Positions 37,610 through 50,900 of a stretch of 64,000 nucleotides of DNA are shown here, piece by piece. The notes beneath the pieces are model-generated. The model was not told where the DNA came from. It did no database searches and saw only the letters and a list, made by a program, of their open reading frames with translations. A program made the position numbers and the translations under genes. The number at the start of each line of letters is the position of its first letter. Position 1 is the stretch's first letter. The stretch is from Vicugna vicugna (Eukaryota): positions 902,244 through 966,243 of the forward strand of contig MU058252.1 in assembly GCA_013265495.1 (NCBI GenBank), read 5' to 3'.

Positions 37610-37800
37610 TACCACCTTCTTGCTTCTACCCACATATCTCATCTCATTCTCCCCTAAGCCCTGTGGGGAAGGTGAGGACTATGAGCCACACTTGACAGAT
37701 GAGGAAACTGAGGCTCAGGAAGTATCAGTAAAGTGCCCAAGAGAACAGGGGAGCAGTGGTGGCACGAGAATCGCCACCTTGGTCTCTGATGCCCAGATGC
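37610..37800 (-). mobile_element. MIR fragment
   Basis: cacttgacagatgaggaaactgaggctcag core. Confidence 0.75.
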
Positions 37801-38469
37801 ACACCCCTCCCCACCTCATTCCACAGAGCGGTCTCCCTGCTCACACAAATGACTCTGTCCCCGAGAATCTGGCACAAACGACAGCTGGGTGCAGCCTGTC
37901 CCAGCGGTGGGTGGATGCTCCCGCCTCCTGTGGTTCGAGGTGGGGCGCCTGGCCGCGGGCCCATTGCCCCCTCCCCTCTGCTTGGGCTCGGCATCCTCTG
38001 TCAGTCTAGGTGCCAAACCGGTTTCCAACCCAGGGTTATCACGCCATCTAGATACCTCCTGGCAGATTTATGATGCTCTTAACTAGTCAATTAGCCTGAG
38101 CAAAAAGCCCAAATAACTTTCCCAGGTAGGAGACAGAGGGAAAAAACAACTAACACCATAATGTTCCTGGAATTTGCCCTTTTACTGAACCAACAACACA
38201 TGGTTTATCTGAAACCTTTCTCTTTACGATATTCGGCTCCCGTAAGATTTGTAAATAATTGATTTGCCCATCATTCTCAGAATTAGTTCACAGAGTTAAC
38301 TAAGCATTTGGATTTCCAGAAACACTTTTTTTCCTTCCCCACTATCTTGTTCGGCTTCTGCATTTTCTCCCCATCATCAGTAGCCGTGTGGGAGGTGGTT
38401 TCCTTGGCTCTGGGACATGAAGGTGTGGCTGTACACCATCCACAAAGGAGCACGTGGTCCAATTAAGGA

Positions 38470-38625
38470 GACGAAAGTCTGGCCCTTCTCTTCCCCCAAT
38501 CTGGGAAGAACCTCTGAAGAACCATCCCGGTTCCTGGGGGTCAGCTGAGGCCTTTGTTGTAACTGCTCCAAAGTCCAGCTTCTCCCCTGCCCCATCCGGC
38601 TTTCTCTCCTTCCCCTGCCATTCAA
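38470..38625 (+). mobile_element. ERVL LTR fragment (LTR33-like)
   Basis: ctctgaagaaccatccc...cagctgaggcctttgttgtaactgc...cagcttctcccctgccccatcc. Confidence 0.5.
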
Positions 38626-39639
38626 GGACCAAAGCTAGAGGCACAGAATCAACGGCTAATAATTTTTAGGTGAAGGTAAGAAAGATCATTTGAGAGGTAG
38701 ATCATCACTAAACAAGGGATGTAGCCAAATATGTCCATTGGACTTGAAGTCGGGTTTTATTGTGGTGATAAATGCAGAGCCCGCACCCCAAGCCTGTGCT
38801 CTGAGCCTTGCCTGATCTCACGTCACCACACCTGAGAAGGAAGGGTGGATGCAGAACGGATGGCAGGGCGAGCCTGGAACCTGGGTCCCTGCTGAAAGGA
38901 CTTGGGGATCACGCACCACTGCCCACAGCCTTGATTTTGAGCCAGTGAAAGACAGAGCTGCTTTGAAATTGTTTTCTGATCTAACCTGAGGTGCAGACGT
39001 CTCTGCAGAGTGCCACGGTGGGCCAGGCAGATGGGACGTGGCTCCCCAGAAGCCTTCCTCACCTGTGCCATGAATGTCCACCTGCCAGGCAGGGTTTCCT
39101 CTCCTCCCAACATTCCTCCAGGAGAAAACCTGAGTTTTCCCACCTGCTTCGCCACTGGCCAATCATGTGACCTCTCAAGCTGCCCTCTCTATGCTTCAGG
39201 GGCCACCATGTGTGCTCCAGGCCACTTCTGCACCTGGCAGAGGGGTCTCCTGGTCAGGTTGGTACTGCCGCCCAGCACTTCTCTGTGAGCCAAGCATATC
39301 CTGTTACCTGTGCCCCAGAGCCATTTCAGAAATTTCAAAATACAGCTAACAAGCATAGAAGAGTGATGAAAAGTGACCTCTCTGTTCTCCTGGTCCTGGC
39401 CTCTCCCCAAAGGCCAAACGGCTCCTCTGACACTCACCCGTCCTCAGTGATGAGATGGAGGGGGAGCTATCAAACACCAGCTTCGGGAGGACCCGGGCTC
39501 CACACCCCCCTGGATTCTCTCTCACCCTCACTCACGGCCCCTCGAAGCCCACCTGTCCCGGGACCACGCAGTGTCCATACAAGCATGGTGCCTGAGTCGC
39601 ATGGAGACCTTGGACTGCAATCCTCTTTTTCACATACAC

Positions 39640-39942
39640 AACATAGATTATTACTATATGGTTATTACAGGATTACTGATAATGTATTTATTATTAAATG
39701 ACATCAATTATATAATATATCAACCTGTTTAAGATCTTGGTATATTAATAAGCATCTATTATAAAGTAATACTTAACTAACAATTATTACTCATGGGTTC
39801 ATGATATTATACAACTTAATTATAGCGTATAATTATACAATGAGATTAGCATATTGATTACCATATATAATGTTAATTATTATATAATTATCATCAATAT
39901 ATATAATCATTATATAGTTACATATTGTATATGTTATATACA
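39640..39942. repeat. AT-rich low-complexity tract
   Basis: A degenerate TAT/ATA-rich stretch, far more AT-rich than the surrounding sequence. Confidence 0.85.
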
Positions 39943-40029
39943 CATGAGAAAGATAAATGTTTGCTGTTTTAGGTCACTGTGTTTTGGGGTGTTTGGTAGT
40001 AGCAAATGTGAACCTCCGTGTGCCCATGG

Positions 40030-40145
40030 TCCCCCCTTAGACTGTAAGCCTTGGAAGGGTGGGGGCCGTGCCCATCCTGGTTACAGTTTCACTCGCGCCT
40101 TGCACCGGGTCTGGCACACAAAGGGCTTTTGGTAAATGTTTGGTA
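40030..40145 (+). mobile_element. L2 3' end
   Basis: ttagactgtaagccttggaaggg...tctggcacacaaaggg...gtaaatgtttgg. Confidence 0.7.
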
Positions 40146-40717
40146 ACTCAACCAGAAAAAGCCCTGTAGTTATTTGACAGAGGACCCAGCACAAGATTTC
40201 TTGATTCCCAGTTTGGTGTTTAATATTCAGTTATTTAAAAACCCCCAAACTGAGAATGTACTAGGGAATAAGACCTATGAAATTATAGAAGGTGGATCAT
40301 TTATTTTTGAGATGAGAAGCATAAATTACAGCCTTCAATGTCCTTCATGTAAAAGGGAGCAAATAAAGAGTCCAGAGATCTGGTCAACCCCAAGGGCAGA
40401 ACCCTAGAAAGTAATCTCCCAGAGCAGCAGTCTTCCGTGTGCCCCACCTAGGGCCGGTGTCTGGGCTACCCAGCAGTCCTGCCTCCCACCCCAGGCTGCC
40501 TGGACCATTCACAGGCATTAGGGCATCCAAACTCTGGGGCTGGGGCAGAGCGGGGACCTCCAAACCCAATTAAACCCCACAGCGTTTTCTTTGGATCAGA
40601 ACAGTTGTGAGCTGCGGATGGCCGAAACATCCTTCTCTATGGCAAGGCTAATAACACTGATAACAACAATTATAATATTTCACAAGGTTATTTGGGAGAT
40701 AAAGAGAGACAGCTTAA

Positions 40718-40800
40718 TGACTGGGACATCACGCTGTACACCAGAAATGGACACATTGTAACTGACTATACCTCAATTGAAAAAAAGAGAGAGAGAGAGA
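40718..40800 (+). mobile_element. Extremely truncated L1 3' tail inside a MIR remnant
   Basis: gctgtacaccagaaatggacacattgtaactgactatacctcaat followed by an A/(GA)n tail. Confidence 0.75.
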
Positions 40801-41387
40801 GTTTACATAGAAGTGCTCACCTGGCGCACAGCACGTGCTCCATCAGTATTAGCTAAATCTGATGACAACCGTGCCTTCCCAGAGAGCCTCTGATAATAAT
40901 ATTGATCAGTCACAGCCACCGTGGATGAAGTTACGCATCACACAGCATCTGACGTGCTAAGAGGAAGGAAGTCCTCTGGGTGCTCATTACACCACATGCT
41001 GTGGACAGGAATGGGGCCGGAGGACGACGGCTCCATGCCCACAGCCGGCGGCTTTTTGGCTGGACGTCGCTGCGAGGCCGGTGGAATGAGGTGGAGGTTC
41101 CCTGTCAGACCAGCGGCTGCCTGGAAGCAGCCTGCCTGTCTTCTGGAGACTGAACGGGGGACTGAGCAGGGCTGCCGGCTCCCCACCTCTCACACCCTGG
41201 CCCAGGACTGAGTCTGGGTGAGCGGTTAACAGAAGGGCGAGCAGGGTGGCTCCTGCCCAGCAGAGCAGGCCTGGGTCCTGGCACTGCCACACCAGCCTCC
41301 TCGGATGCTCCATTCCTGGGCCCAGGCCCACCTCTCGGGGCTGAGTGATCACCGTCCCCAGCTGTGCTGTGAAGGCAGGGACCCTGT

Positions 41388-41830
41388 TGCAGGAGTCCCC
41401 TGGGACTGCCATACCACAGTACCCCAAACAAACAGCGGGGACTTAAAACTACACAGATGGGTTCTCTCAGTCTGGAGGCTAGAGCCCGAAGCCAAGGTGT
41501 CAGCAGGGCCACACTCCCTCTGAAACCTCTAGGGGAGGGTCCTCCCTGGCTCCTTCCAGCTTCCAGCAGCCCCAGGGTTCCTTAACTCATGACAACATCA
41601 CTCCAATCTCTGCCTCCGTCTTCACACGATCTTCCCTCTGAGTTTCTGTATCCAAAATTCCCTCTTTTTATAAGGACGCCAGTCATGTTGGATTAGGGGT
41701 CCAGACTGAGTTCATCTTAACTTAGTTATTCCATCTGCAAAGACCCTATTTCCAAAAAAGGTCACATTCACAGGTACCAGAGATGAGGACTTCAGCATAT
41801 CTTTTTGGGGACACGATTCAACCTATAGCC
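41388..41830 (-). mobile_element. MaLR solo LTR (MLT1B/C-like)
   Basis: cagtctggaggctagag...aaggtgtcagcagggccacactccctctgaaacctctagggg...catctgcaaagaccctatttccaaaaaaggtcacattcacaggtacc. Confidence 0.9.
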
Positions 41831-44585
41831 CCAACCCTCTGCATCCTCAGTACCTAGCACAGTACCTGGGAGGCAGATACAAGGGAGCTGACAGGTGTCC
41901 CAGTCCCATTTGAATGATGCGTGACTGTGAACACGGTCCCAGCAACCCAACTCTCCATTTCTTTACAAACTGAGAAGCTGGTGCCTCACTTTCTAAAATT
42001 CCAGCTTTGTTGTGTCCTTCCTCCTGCCCAGCCCCCAGCACTAGTGGAGGCCACTCCAGTGCCACCTGCACCTGGCTCTGCTCTGAGTCCCCGCTGAGTC
42101 CCCGCAGGAGGCGGGCAGGGTTGAATGGCTCCCACAGCCAGGACCTGGCCTCAGCGTCAGGGAAAAAAGGCCGGACTCCTAGGGTTACCAAGAGCAAATG
42201 GTCATCAGCAACTTCACCGCCAGACCAGAGTATATCAAAACACAAGAGGCCTGGCACCAGCCCCACAGCCCGGCTGCTATCTGATTGGTCTGGGACAAGC
42301 CATGAGTTGGCAGAGAAGGAGCTTCCTGTCCACAGGAAGGAAAGGATGGGGATCAAATTATTTTCAAAGTAGGCAGAGGAAGAAAGGAAGAAAGAGATGA
42401 GTGAGATTCGGGTTAACCATTCCAACCCAGGGCTAAACCAGCCATGGGGTCCAGACTTGCTGGGGCTTCCCTGCCTCCGTCCCTCCACCCCCTCCCCGGG
42501 CTGTGTCAGTGTCAGCACCTGACCGACTCCAGGACTCACTGCCCTCCAGAGGACACAGGTGACAAATGTGAGGGACACTGAGGCCTTTCTTCTTGCCAGG
42601 GTCTGAGAGGTTCTTTCCACGGGCCACCCTCTTAATCTGTTCTGGATCCCAGGAAGGGGGAAAGAGTAGGTTCTTAGTACTTGGGACTTGGTCCTGTGGT
42701 TGGCCTTTGGCCATACTGCTGCCCGACTCCGTCCCCTCCCAGGGACTGACTCCCAGCCCGAGTCCCCCTCAGTAGGTGGGCTCTGGCATAGGGTCCTGCG
42801 TTTGCTAAGGTTCCCCGTTCCACACGTGAGAACTGTCCTCCACGGATTAACGTTCAACTATTTATCTGGTTTAGCTGCACACACTGCGCACTGGGGTCTG
42901 AGAATTCCCGGTGGTTAAGTCTTGGGGACGTAGCCTTTCTCCCATGTGGCTCCTCTGCCCATGGTATAGCAAGGTTGTGGTCAATTGACTAAGCAAATTA
43001 AGGACTGTTTCAACTCAGCTGCTCAGCACTTCGTCGGCCTTTGTCCCACATGTTAGGATGCTGACCACATCCTGACATTTGGGTCGCTGTCCTGGAATCT
43101 CAAGATGGGCTGGTCCACTGTCTGAAAAGAAGTGAAGACATGGGCGTTCATGTGTGCGCCTACTCACTATTCTGGGTCAGAGGGAGGGTGCATGGAGGAG
43201 GATGAGGAGAAAGGGGGCAGGATTCTAACCCAGGCCTTCCAAGGGTCTGCGGCCAGCTTGGTAACTTAAGTAGCCCCCAGAGAAGTGAAATGGTGCCCAG
43301 ACGCAGAACGTCACTGGCAACGAGCTGAGTAAATCCATACAGGAAATGGGAAAAGTAGAAGAAAAGAGGCAGGCAAGAAACAGCACCCTTTAAGAGCACA
43401 TTTATTCATCTGGGTTGTTTCAGCGGACGCGAACTGATCCAGAAGTCACGTGGACAAAGTCTGAGCACGAGAGAAGCCCTTGGCAAGTAAAACGTGCTTC
43501 CAAGCTCTCTTTAGTCAAACTCTAGTCCAGAGGGAAACCCCCGAGTGTAGACCAGCAGTGGAATGTAGGTTTGCTGCGTTTTATTGCAGAGGGCAGTTCA
43601 GGGAAGACAGGCAGGGAAAGAGACTTGGAAAGCATGGAGGACGGGAACACGTCGACGATGTGCGGAAAGACGCAAAACTGAATTCAAGACATGGGGCTGC
43701 CGCTTCTGTTTCTGTAACCTCAGTACTGGGGCTGTCCTTCTGGCGCAATAATGATCCAGGATGTGAATGGTCGCGTTTAGCACTAGGCCACTCTGCAGTA
43801 TTTAGAACCCGGTTTACACAAGGATCCTGAACCCTCCACATAGGGTCTAAGAAAGAGCGACAACAGGGCAGCAGAGGCTAGATGCAAATGAAGTGTCCTC
43901 CAACCATGGGATGGGGAATGTCCTTGTTCTCAGCTGGGCTGACTGTAAACTGGGGACAAGAGGATGAGCCAGGGAACCCAGCCCTAGTGTAGACCCTAAG
44001 TCACTGTGACTCTGCCAATCCACAGGTTTTGTGCGTCCTCGGCTTAGATCACTAGGGGAGCTGGTCCCTGGCGGTCCGTGCACGGTCTGCAGGGTAGAGT
44101 CTTCAGAGAAGGGGACCCCTATATCTGTTCTCTGCCTGCCCATTCCCTCCACAGGCCCAGCACTGGACTGTGCTTAACTGGCATTCAGCCAACGTGCAAT
44201 GCCCACGCTGCAGGAAGCCCAGGCATCACTCAGCTGTGCTCATACCCTGCAAGCTGCGGAGAGGCATCTAGACCTTGTGTATAAACCCTTGAGCCATAGG
44301 ACAGTTCTAGGGGCCCCATTACTGAGTAGCCTGACTCCTAAAGGTCCTGATCTCATGCTCTGGGCCCTTTAAGAGCCTACATTCACTCAAGGCACCCAAG
44401 ATGTGCCAAACCACTGAAGAGCCCAGTCAAGAAATACGGAGTGGACTAACAGGCCGGACCACATTGGGCTACTCGGGCTGGGGGTTGTTCTGGGTATTCC
44501 TCTTTATTTGGGAACCAGAAATACTCTGCCTTTGTTCAACAGTCAGCAGCTAAGGCTCTCTCTTCTCAATAACAGTTGAAAAGCA

Positions 44586-44662
44586 CAGATGACAGATAGA
44601 CAGATGGACAGATGGGTAGATACATGGATGCCGAGATGGATGGATGGACAGATTGATAGACT
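44586..44662. repeat. Degenerate (GATA/GATG/GACA)n tetranucleotide repeat
   Basis: gacagatagacagatggacagatgggtagatacatggatg...gatggatggatggacagattgataga. Confidence 0.8.
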
Positions 44663-44711
44663 CATTCATGGGAGCAGAAGGGATCAGTATTACACTGAGG
44701 AAGTTGGAAAC

Positions 44712-44899
44712 CAATTGTTTTTAAGCCCCTGTAGGCAGAAGAGTCACCTGGAGAATTTATCAGAAATTCAGACCCATGGGTCCCACCCCCCAGAGATTGA
44801 TCCAGCAGTTCTAGGCTGAGACCTAGGATTTCATATTTTAAACAAACACTGAGTGATTCTACTTAAGCTGGTCCAGGGACCACATATTGAAAAACACTG
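44712..44899. mobile_element. MER5A-like hAT-Charlie element
   Basis: gagtcacctggagaattt...gggtcccaccccccagagattgat...tgagtgattct...ggtccagggaccacatattgaaaaacactg. Confidence 0.8.
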
Positions 44900-44916
44900 C
44901 CAAAGCCTAATAATGT

Positions 44917-45062
44917 ACAGGGTAGCTCAGTAGTAGACTGTGTGCCTAACATGCACGAGGACCTGGGTTCAATCCCCAGTACCTCCAGTATTAAAAATAA
45001 ACAAACCTAATTATCCACCACTCACCCTAACACACACACACATGCACACACACACACAAAAG
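44917..45062 (+). mobile_element. tRNA-derived camelid SINE (vic-1-like) with a (CA)n tail
   Basis: gtagctcagtagtagactgtgtgcctaacatgcacgaggacctgggttcaatccccagtacctcc...aaataaacaaacctaatta. Confidence 0.87.
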
Positions 45063-47065
45063 TTTAAACCCTAACTCTTGTTCAGGGTGGTCCTGACCAA
45101 GGTCAAGGCCAGGATCAAAACTGAGACACACACCTCCCTCACTGTGCTGCAGGGGGCCCCTTTCCCCTTCCCTGAGGCTTTAGTCCAGGGTGTTTCGATG
45201 GTATGATGGGCAGTGAGCACTGCAATCACTGGGCCCTCCAGACCCCGGGGTAGAAGGGCAGCTCCCGTTCCCACCCACATCCCAGCCATGCCTCCACCTT
45301 TCTCGCACTGCCCCAGCAGAGGAGCTCTGGTTGCAGGGGGCTACTGGTTGCAGGCTCGTGGCCACGGGGAAGGGCACCTGGCCTCAAGCAGGGCGAGGCT
45401 CACCCTGGAGACACTGCAAGCAAAGGCATCCCTAGCAACGGGCCTAGGCCGAGTTGTGTCTCCACAAGCTTCTGCGACCGGCCAGCTGCTCCTGCCTCTA
45501 TTTTTAGACAGTCTCCAGTGAGTGAGGATTTCTGGAGGAACTCTCCCAAGGGGCCCAGGGATGTGGGCATTCTGTCAGCAGTAAATATCGGGCCACGGCC
45601 TCGAATGGAGTCTGACCTCCTCCAGGCCTGCTTCAGTGTCCCCACAGGCTCCTGTGTGGGTCCTTCTCCCCAAAGCCCTCTCTGACCCCTTGGCCTCCTG
45701 CTCTGTCATTGGCCTGAGAACAGGTCCAAAGACCCACAATACGGTCAAAGACCCAGCCAACGGCCATCAGTTAAAATACATATGACATATATAGATTTCC
45801 ACCTTAATAGGGAAACCACTTTTTCCAGGACAAAAAGAGGAAAGACCACACTGCTCGCAGCAACAGCTTCTCGGGCACGGTTCTGGCAGATCGCCACGCA
45901 CAGCTAGTGTCTAACGAGGGATTTTCTAAAAGCGGTCCCACCGCTTTCACTGCTGTTCCTGCTTTACGCTGGGAATGGCAGCTGAGGGAAGGGAACCAAG
46001 GCGAGGGCCGGCTCACCAGGACTCCGAACGCTACGCCCATCCTGCTACTTGAAAAGGCCCAGCGCAGCCCCAAAGGAGTCTGCACACGGGCTTTCTCTTT
46101 CTTCTCATCCTCTCTCTCCCTCTCTTTCCCTTGACAAGATCCAAGAAGGTTTCCCATAAAGGTGATCCAAGCAGAGGCTAAAATCAAGCAAGGCTACATC
46201 CTCCATTAGGTCCAAGGGCCATTCTCCCTTCAACAGAACGCAATTTATAAGTGACCTTAGTTAGTTACTGTAGGTCTCCATTAGCTGCTGTTACCTAAGC
46301 CCCTAGTGTATCCTGTAAAAATGACTCATCTTTTTCGTATCTCAGGGCACCGCAGGCACGATCGGTAGGAAGGCGAGGTAAAGACGGTTGAAGAGAAGCA
46401 GAGCCTAGGATGAAGGTTTGCTGTGATTTTCGCCAACATCCTTGGTCAAGGTTCTGTTGATGCACCAGATATGGGGGTGGAGGAGGAATCCCCTCGTGTC
46501 CAAAAGGACACAACCCAATTCAGTAAAAAGACAGGTCGCTTGGACTCTAGAGTTCCTAGGAGGCCTCATCACTGTGCGCCCCACTGGACACCACTGAATG
46601 ACCCCACCCACAGGGCTGCTGAAGCAGCGGTGCCTTCCAGGAGCCACTTCTTAGAATCCCGAATGTTCTGGGAAATGGCACCAGTGATCACCTGGCGCTG
46701 GGGTGGGGAAACGGATGTGACTCCCCCGGATTTGCTGCTCTCTGCTCAAACCACCATGGCTGTGACTGACTCACCATCTTTCCCCAAGAACCGCTCCTTA
46801 CACCGAATATCTTGAAACCATAAGGTCGACTCAATATCCATCTCCCTTGCCATTCATCAGACACCAAGGCTCACCCATCCGACGTCTCACCTTCATTTGC
46901 TTTCTTTTATCTTTACTGTAGTTCAAGCCCTCAAACTCTTATCTCTGGACTTTTACCAGAGCATTTGATCAGTTTCTTTGACTACAGCCCCTCTTTCCAT
47001 GACTCTACTTTGGACACTTCTACCAGGCTAATTCTCACAAAGTGTTGGTTTCATCACCTTTATTG

Positions 47066-47520
47066 CTTCTTGGTTTAGATTCCCCCCCAAACAGACAGAG
47101 AGACAATGACTCAGGTTCAGTGGGTTATCTCAGGGAGTGGGAAAAGTGAGGCAGGGAAGCCAGACCAGCCAGGAAGGCTGCATTAATGACTGGACTACCA
47201 GAGGGTAAACTGTGGCTGGACCCTGCTGGACCCTCTGGGGGTTCCTGCAGAACACACATCAGAAGCATCCTTCCGGGAACAAGGAGGCTGGGGGACTGTT
47301 CCACCTGCACCCCTCCTTGGCTGAGGGTTCCGCCTGAGGGCACAACCCCAATCCCAGCACTTCCAGCCCTGCCTGCGCTGAGGCCAAGCAAACTGCCACT
47401 GCGCAGGAGGATTCCTTCAGGGTATGGAGCGGAGCTGTCCAGCAGGGCTGCGGCGAGCACCGGCTGGGCTACCAGCATGCCGGGCAGGGCAACAGCAGCG
47501 TCTGCTGCAGCTTCTCAAGG
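47066..47520 (-). mobile_element. ERVL LTR (LTR16-like)
   Basis: gattcccccccaaacagac...gggagtgggaaaagtgaggcagggaag...gcagaacacacatcaga...ggaggctgggg. Confidence 0.65.
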
Positions 47521-47562
47521 GTTTCAGGAGGCAGTCCTCCATCCCCAGGCCTACCTTCCAGT

Positions 47563-47742
47563 GAGAGCTGCCAGAGAAGATACAGGACGCCCAGTTCAAC
47601 TGGTATTTCAGATAACGATGGATAGTTTTTGAGGATAAGCTTATCCCAAATGGTGCCTGGGACATTCACATACTAAAAACTTGTTCATTGTTTATCTAAA
47701 ATTCTAATTTAACTGGGCATTTACTAGTTTTATTTGCTAGTC
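47563..47742. mobile_element. MER53-like palindromic hAT MITE
   Basis: atacaggacgcccagttcaactggtatttcagataac...tgtttatctaaaattctaatttaactgggc forms a long imperfect inverted repeat. Confidence 0.82.
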
Positions 47743-49302
47743 ATACAATCAAGCTTCAAGGCTCTCCTTGATCTGGCCTCAGTCCACTTCTGACTTCCCT
47801 GATTTTTCAAACCCTTTTCTCCAAGAAAAGGGGCACTCCACTATACCTGGAAGCAGTCTTCCAACTCCCTGACTCCGTGGGGGTACTCAAGCTGGTTCCC
47901 TGGCAGTGGTAGCCCCAGACGCGTCCCTGACACATCTCTGTCCTGCCTGCCACCTCTGGGTCCAATGTCTCTCTGAATTGTCAATGTGCTGCCGCCTCTC
48001 CCCTCTGAAAGCAGGTACTGTCATCTTGGGCCCTTGGGTCATCTGCTAACATGTGTCTGAATGCTGTGTCTTCCCAGCTAGAGCGTGACTCTCACCTAGC
48101 CTGGCACAAGGATCGACAGGTAATTACTAGTTGGCGAGTGAGAAGACTCCCGGGTCCCCTGAGCAAATGCAAGCCCTGTGAGAGCCCCCCTTGTTCCTCC
48201 TGGACCTCACCATCAACCAGAGTGCTGCATATACATCTTGGAGTAACCAAGTGAATAGTACTTTCTGTAAGGGCTGTGTCAGGCCAAGGATGTTGTCCAA
48301 AGCAGCCAAAGTCATCACCACCTGCAGGAAGGCTGGTCAGAGTATTCCAATTATACTGTGGCTTTTCCACTTTCACAGCCTGGCCTCTCAGTCTTTTTCT
48401 GGGTCCTGGATTTTATCCTACGCTACCACTAGCACCACCCCTGGAGTGTGCCCCCTCCCACACTCCCACTTGGGACCCGCCTCACCCATCAGCCTGAATA
48501 CTATATGGCCTGGGCACTAGACAGTGTCATTTTCTTTTCTCTCTCTCTCTTTTTAAAATTAGGTGCTCTGATGTAGATGTCCCAGCCACACATTCACATA
48601 ACACTTTCCATTAGTAAGAGCTTTCCCGTGAATTATTTTATTTCCACATCCCTGCAAGGTAGGCAACGCAGAATTATTATCTGTTTGAGAAATGGGAGAA
48701 GCTGAGTGGTTAAATGGCTCACCCAACTGATGGCTGCAGGAGGGAGGTTTGTGTCTAACTTTTCATTTACAAGGGTGGCTAAAAATGTCTCACGTTAGCA
48801 ATGTAAACAGGAACCTCTCATTTTCAAATAGAATGTTTACTCAAAGGAATGCTTATTCCTGCATATTTGGTTCATCACCCTGATGGCCACACATCAGGCA
48901 GGGGTCCAGTAACCTGTACTTTCCCCTGCCAGGGAGGGCTGGCCACCCTTCCTAACTTCGGGCTACTCCCCGAAGTACCCAGCAGATGTCTAGGGCTCCG
49001 GGTACTCACCGTTCCTGGCCGGTGTTACGCACGCAACGGAGTGGGAAGGAGGAGCTGCGATCAGCAAACACAGGAGTGAAATGCCTAGGGGGGTTCACAG
49101 CACAAAGTGCGAAAGTGCCGGCCAGCAGCCCCACCCCAGGCCCTCCCTCCCGCTGCGGTCAGGGAGGATTAGCGTTGACGACGTGTCTTTAATGAGGTGC
49201 CTTCAGAGGCAGCCCTGGAGGGTAGGACTCACTGCGCACTCCCACTCTGTGCCCAAGACCCGTCATCAGGGAGAACAAAATTAGGTTCTCCAAGGAGCCC
49301 TC

Positions 49303-49305
<3 letters not shown>

Positions 49306-49345
<40 letters not shown>

Positions 49346-49347
49346 CG
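49306..49347. repeat. (TG)16(CG)5 compound microsatellite
   Basis: Read directly from sequence. Confidence 0.95.
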
Positions 49348-49918
49348 CACATTTACTCGGTCAGTGGAGCCAGGGGTGTGACCCAGTTGGGGGTTTCCTT
49401 CGGGTGCAGGTAAGGGCTGCGCCGCCGCAAGTCCCAGCACCTGACCCTCGACCTGGAGGCTGGGGAAGACTACAGGGGGTGGGGCACGAACCACCTGGGC
49501 AGGCAAACCGCAGGGCAGGCATACGACCCCTCCTGACGCTCCCTCTAGCTGGACAAAGTCAAGGCGCACACCGATCGACGTTGCTAAAGTCCGAGCCCGG
49601 CCGCCGGTGTGGCCAGCCAGGGCTGAAGCTCGCGAAGGCCCTGCACGCCTTCGGGAGCCCCGAACCCACCTCCCACCAATGCCTGAAATGAGCTCCCAGA
49701 ATCAGGCAAAGGTACCGGCTGCAGAGGAGCCTCCGGCCCGGGCCCATAAACAGCCGAGGGAAACTGGGGAGTAGGGGGGTCCATGTGAGGGCGCAGCTAC
49801 ACAGCCAACGCATCCCGCCCCACCGCCCGCTGTCCCCACCCACTGCCCCTCCCCTCAGACCCGGGCAGCGGCGCGCGGCTCCACCTCCCCAGAGCGCAGT
49901 CCACACTGTCCTTTTTCA

Positions 49919-50900
<982 letters not shown>

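Noticed and set aside
41847..42857. 336-aa ORF, the longest in the track
   Set aside because: It starts at TTG, has no recognisable domain, has a composition typical of GC-rich non-coding DNA, and lies inside intron 1.
44917..44990. tRNA-like sequence with A and B boxes
   Set aside because: It is the head of a SINE with an AT-rich tail, and there is no complete cloverleaf.
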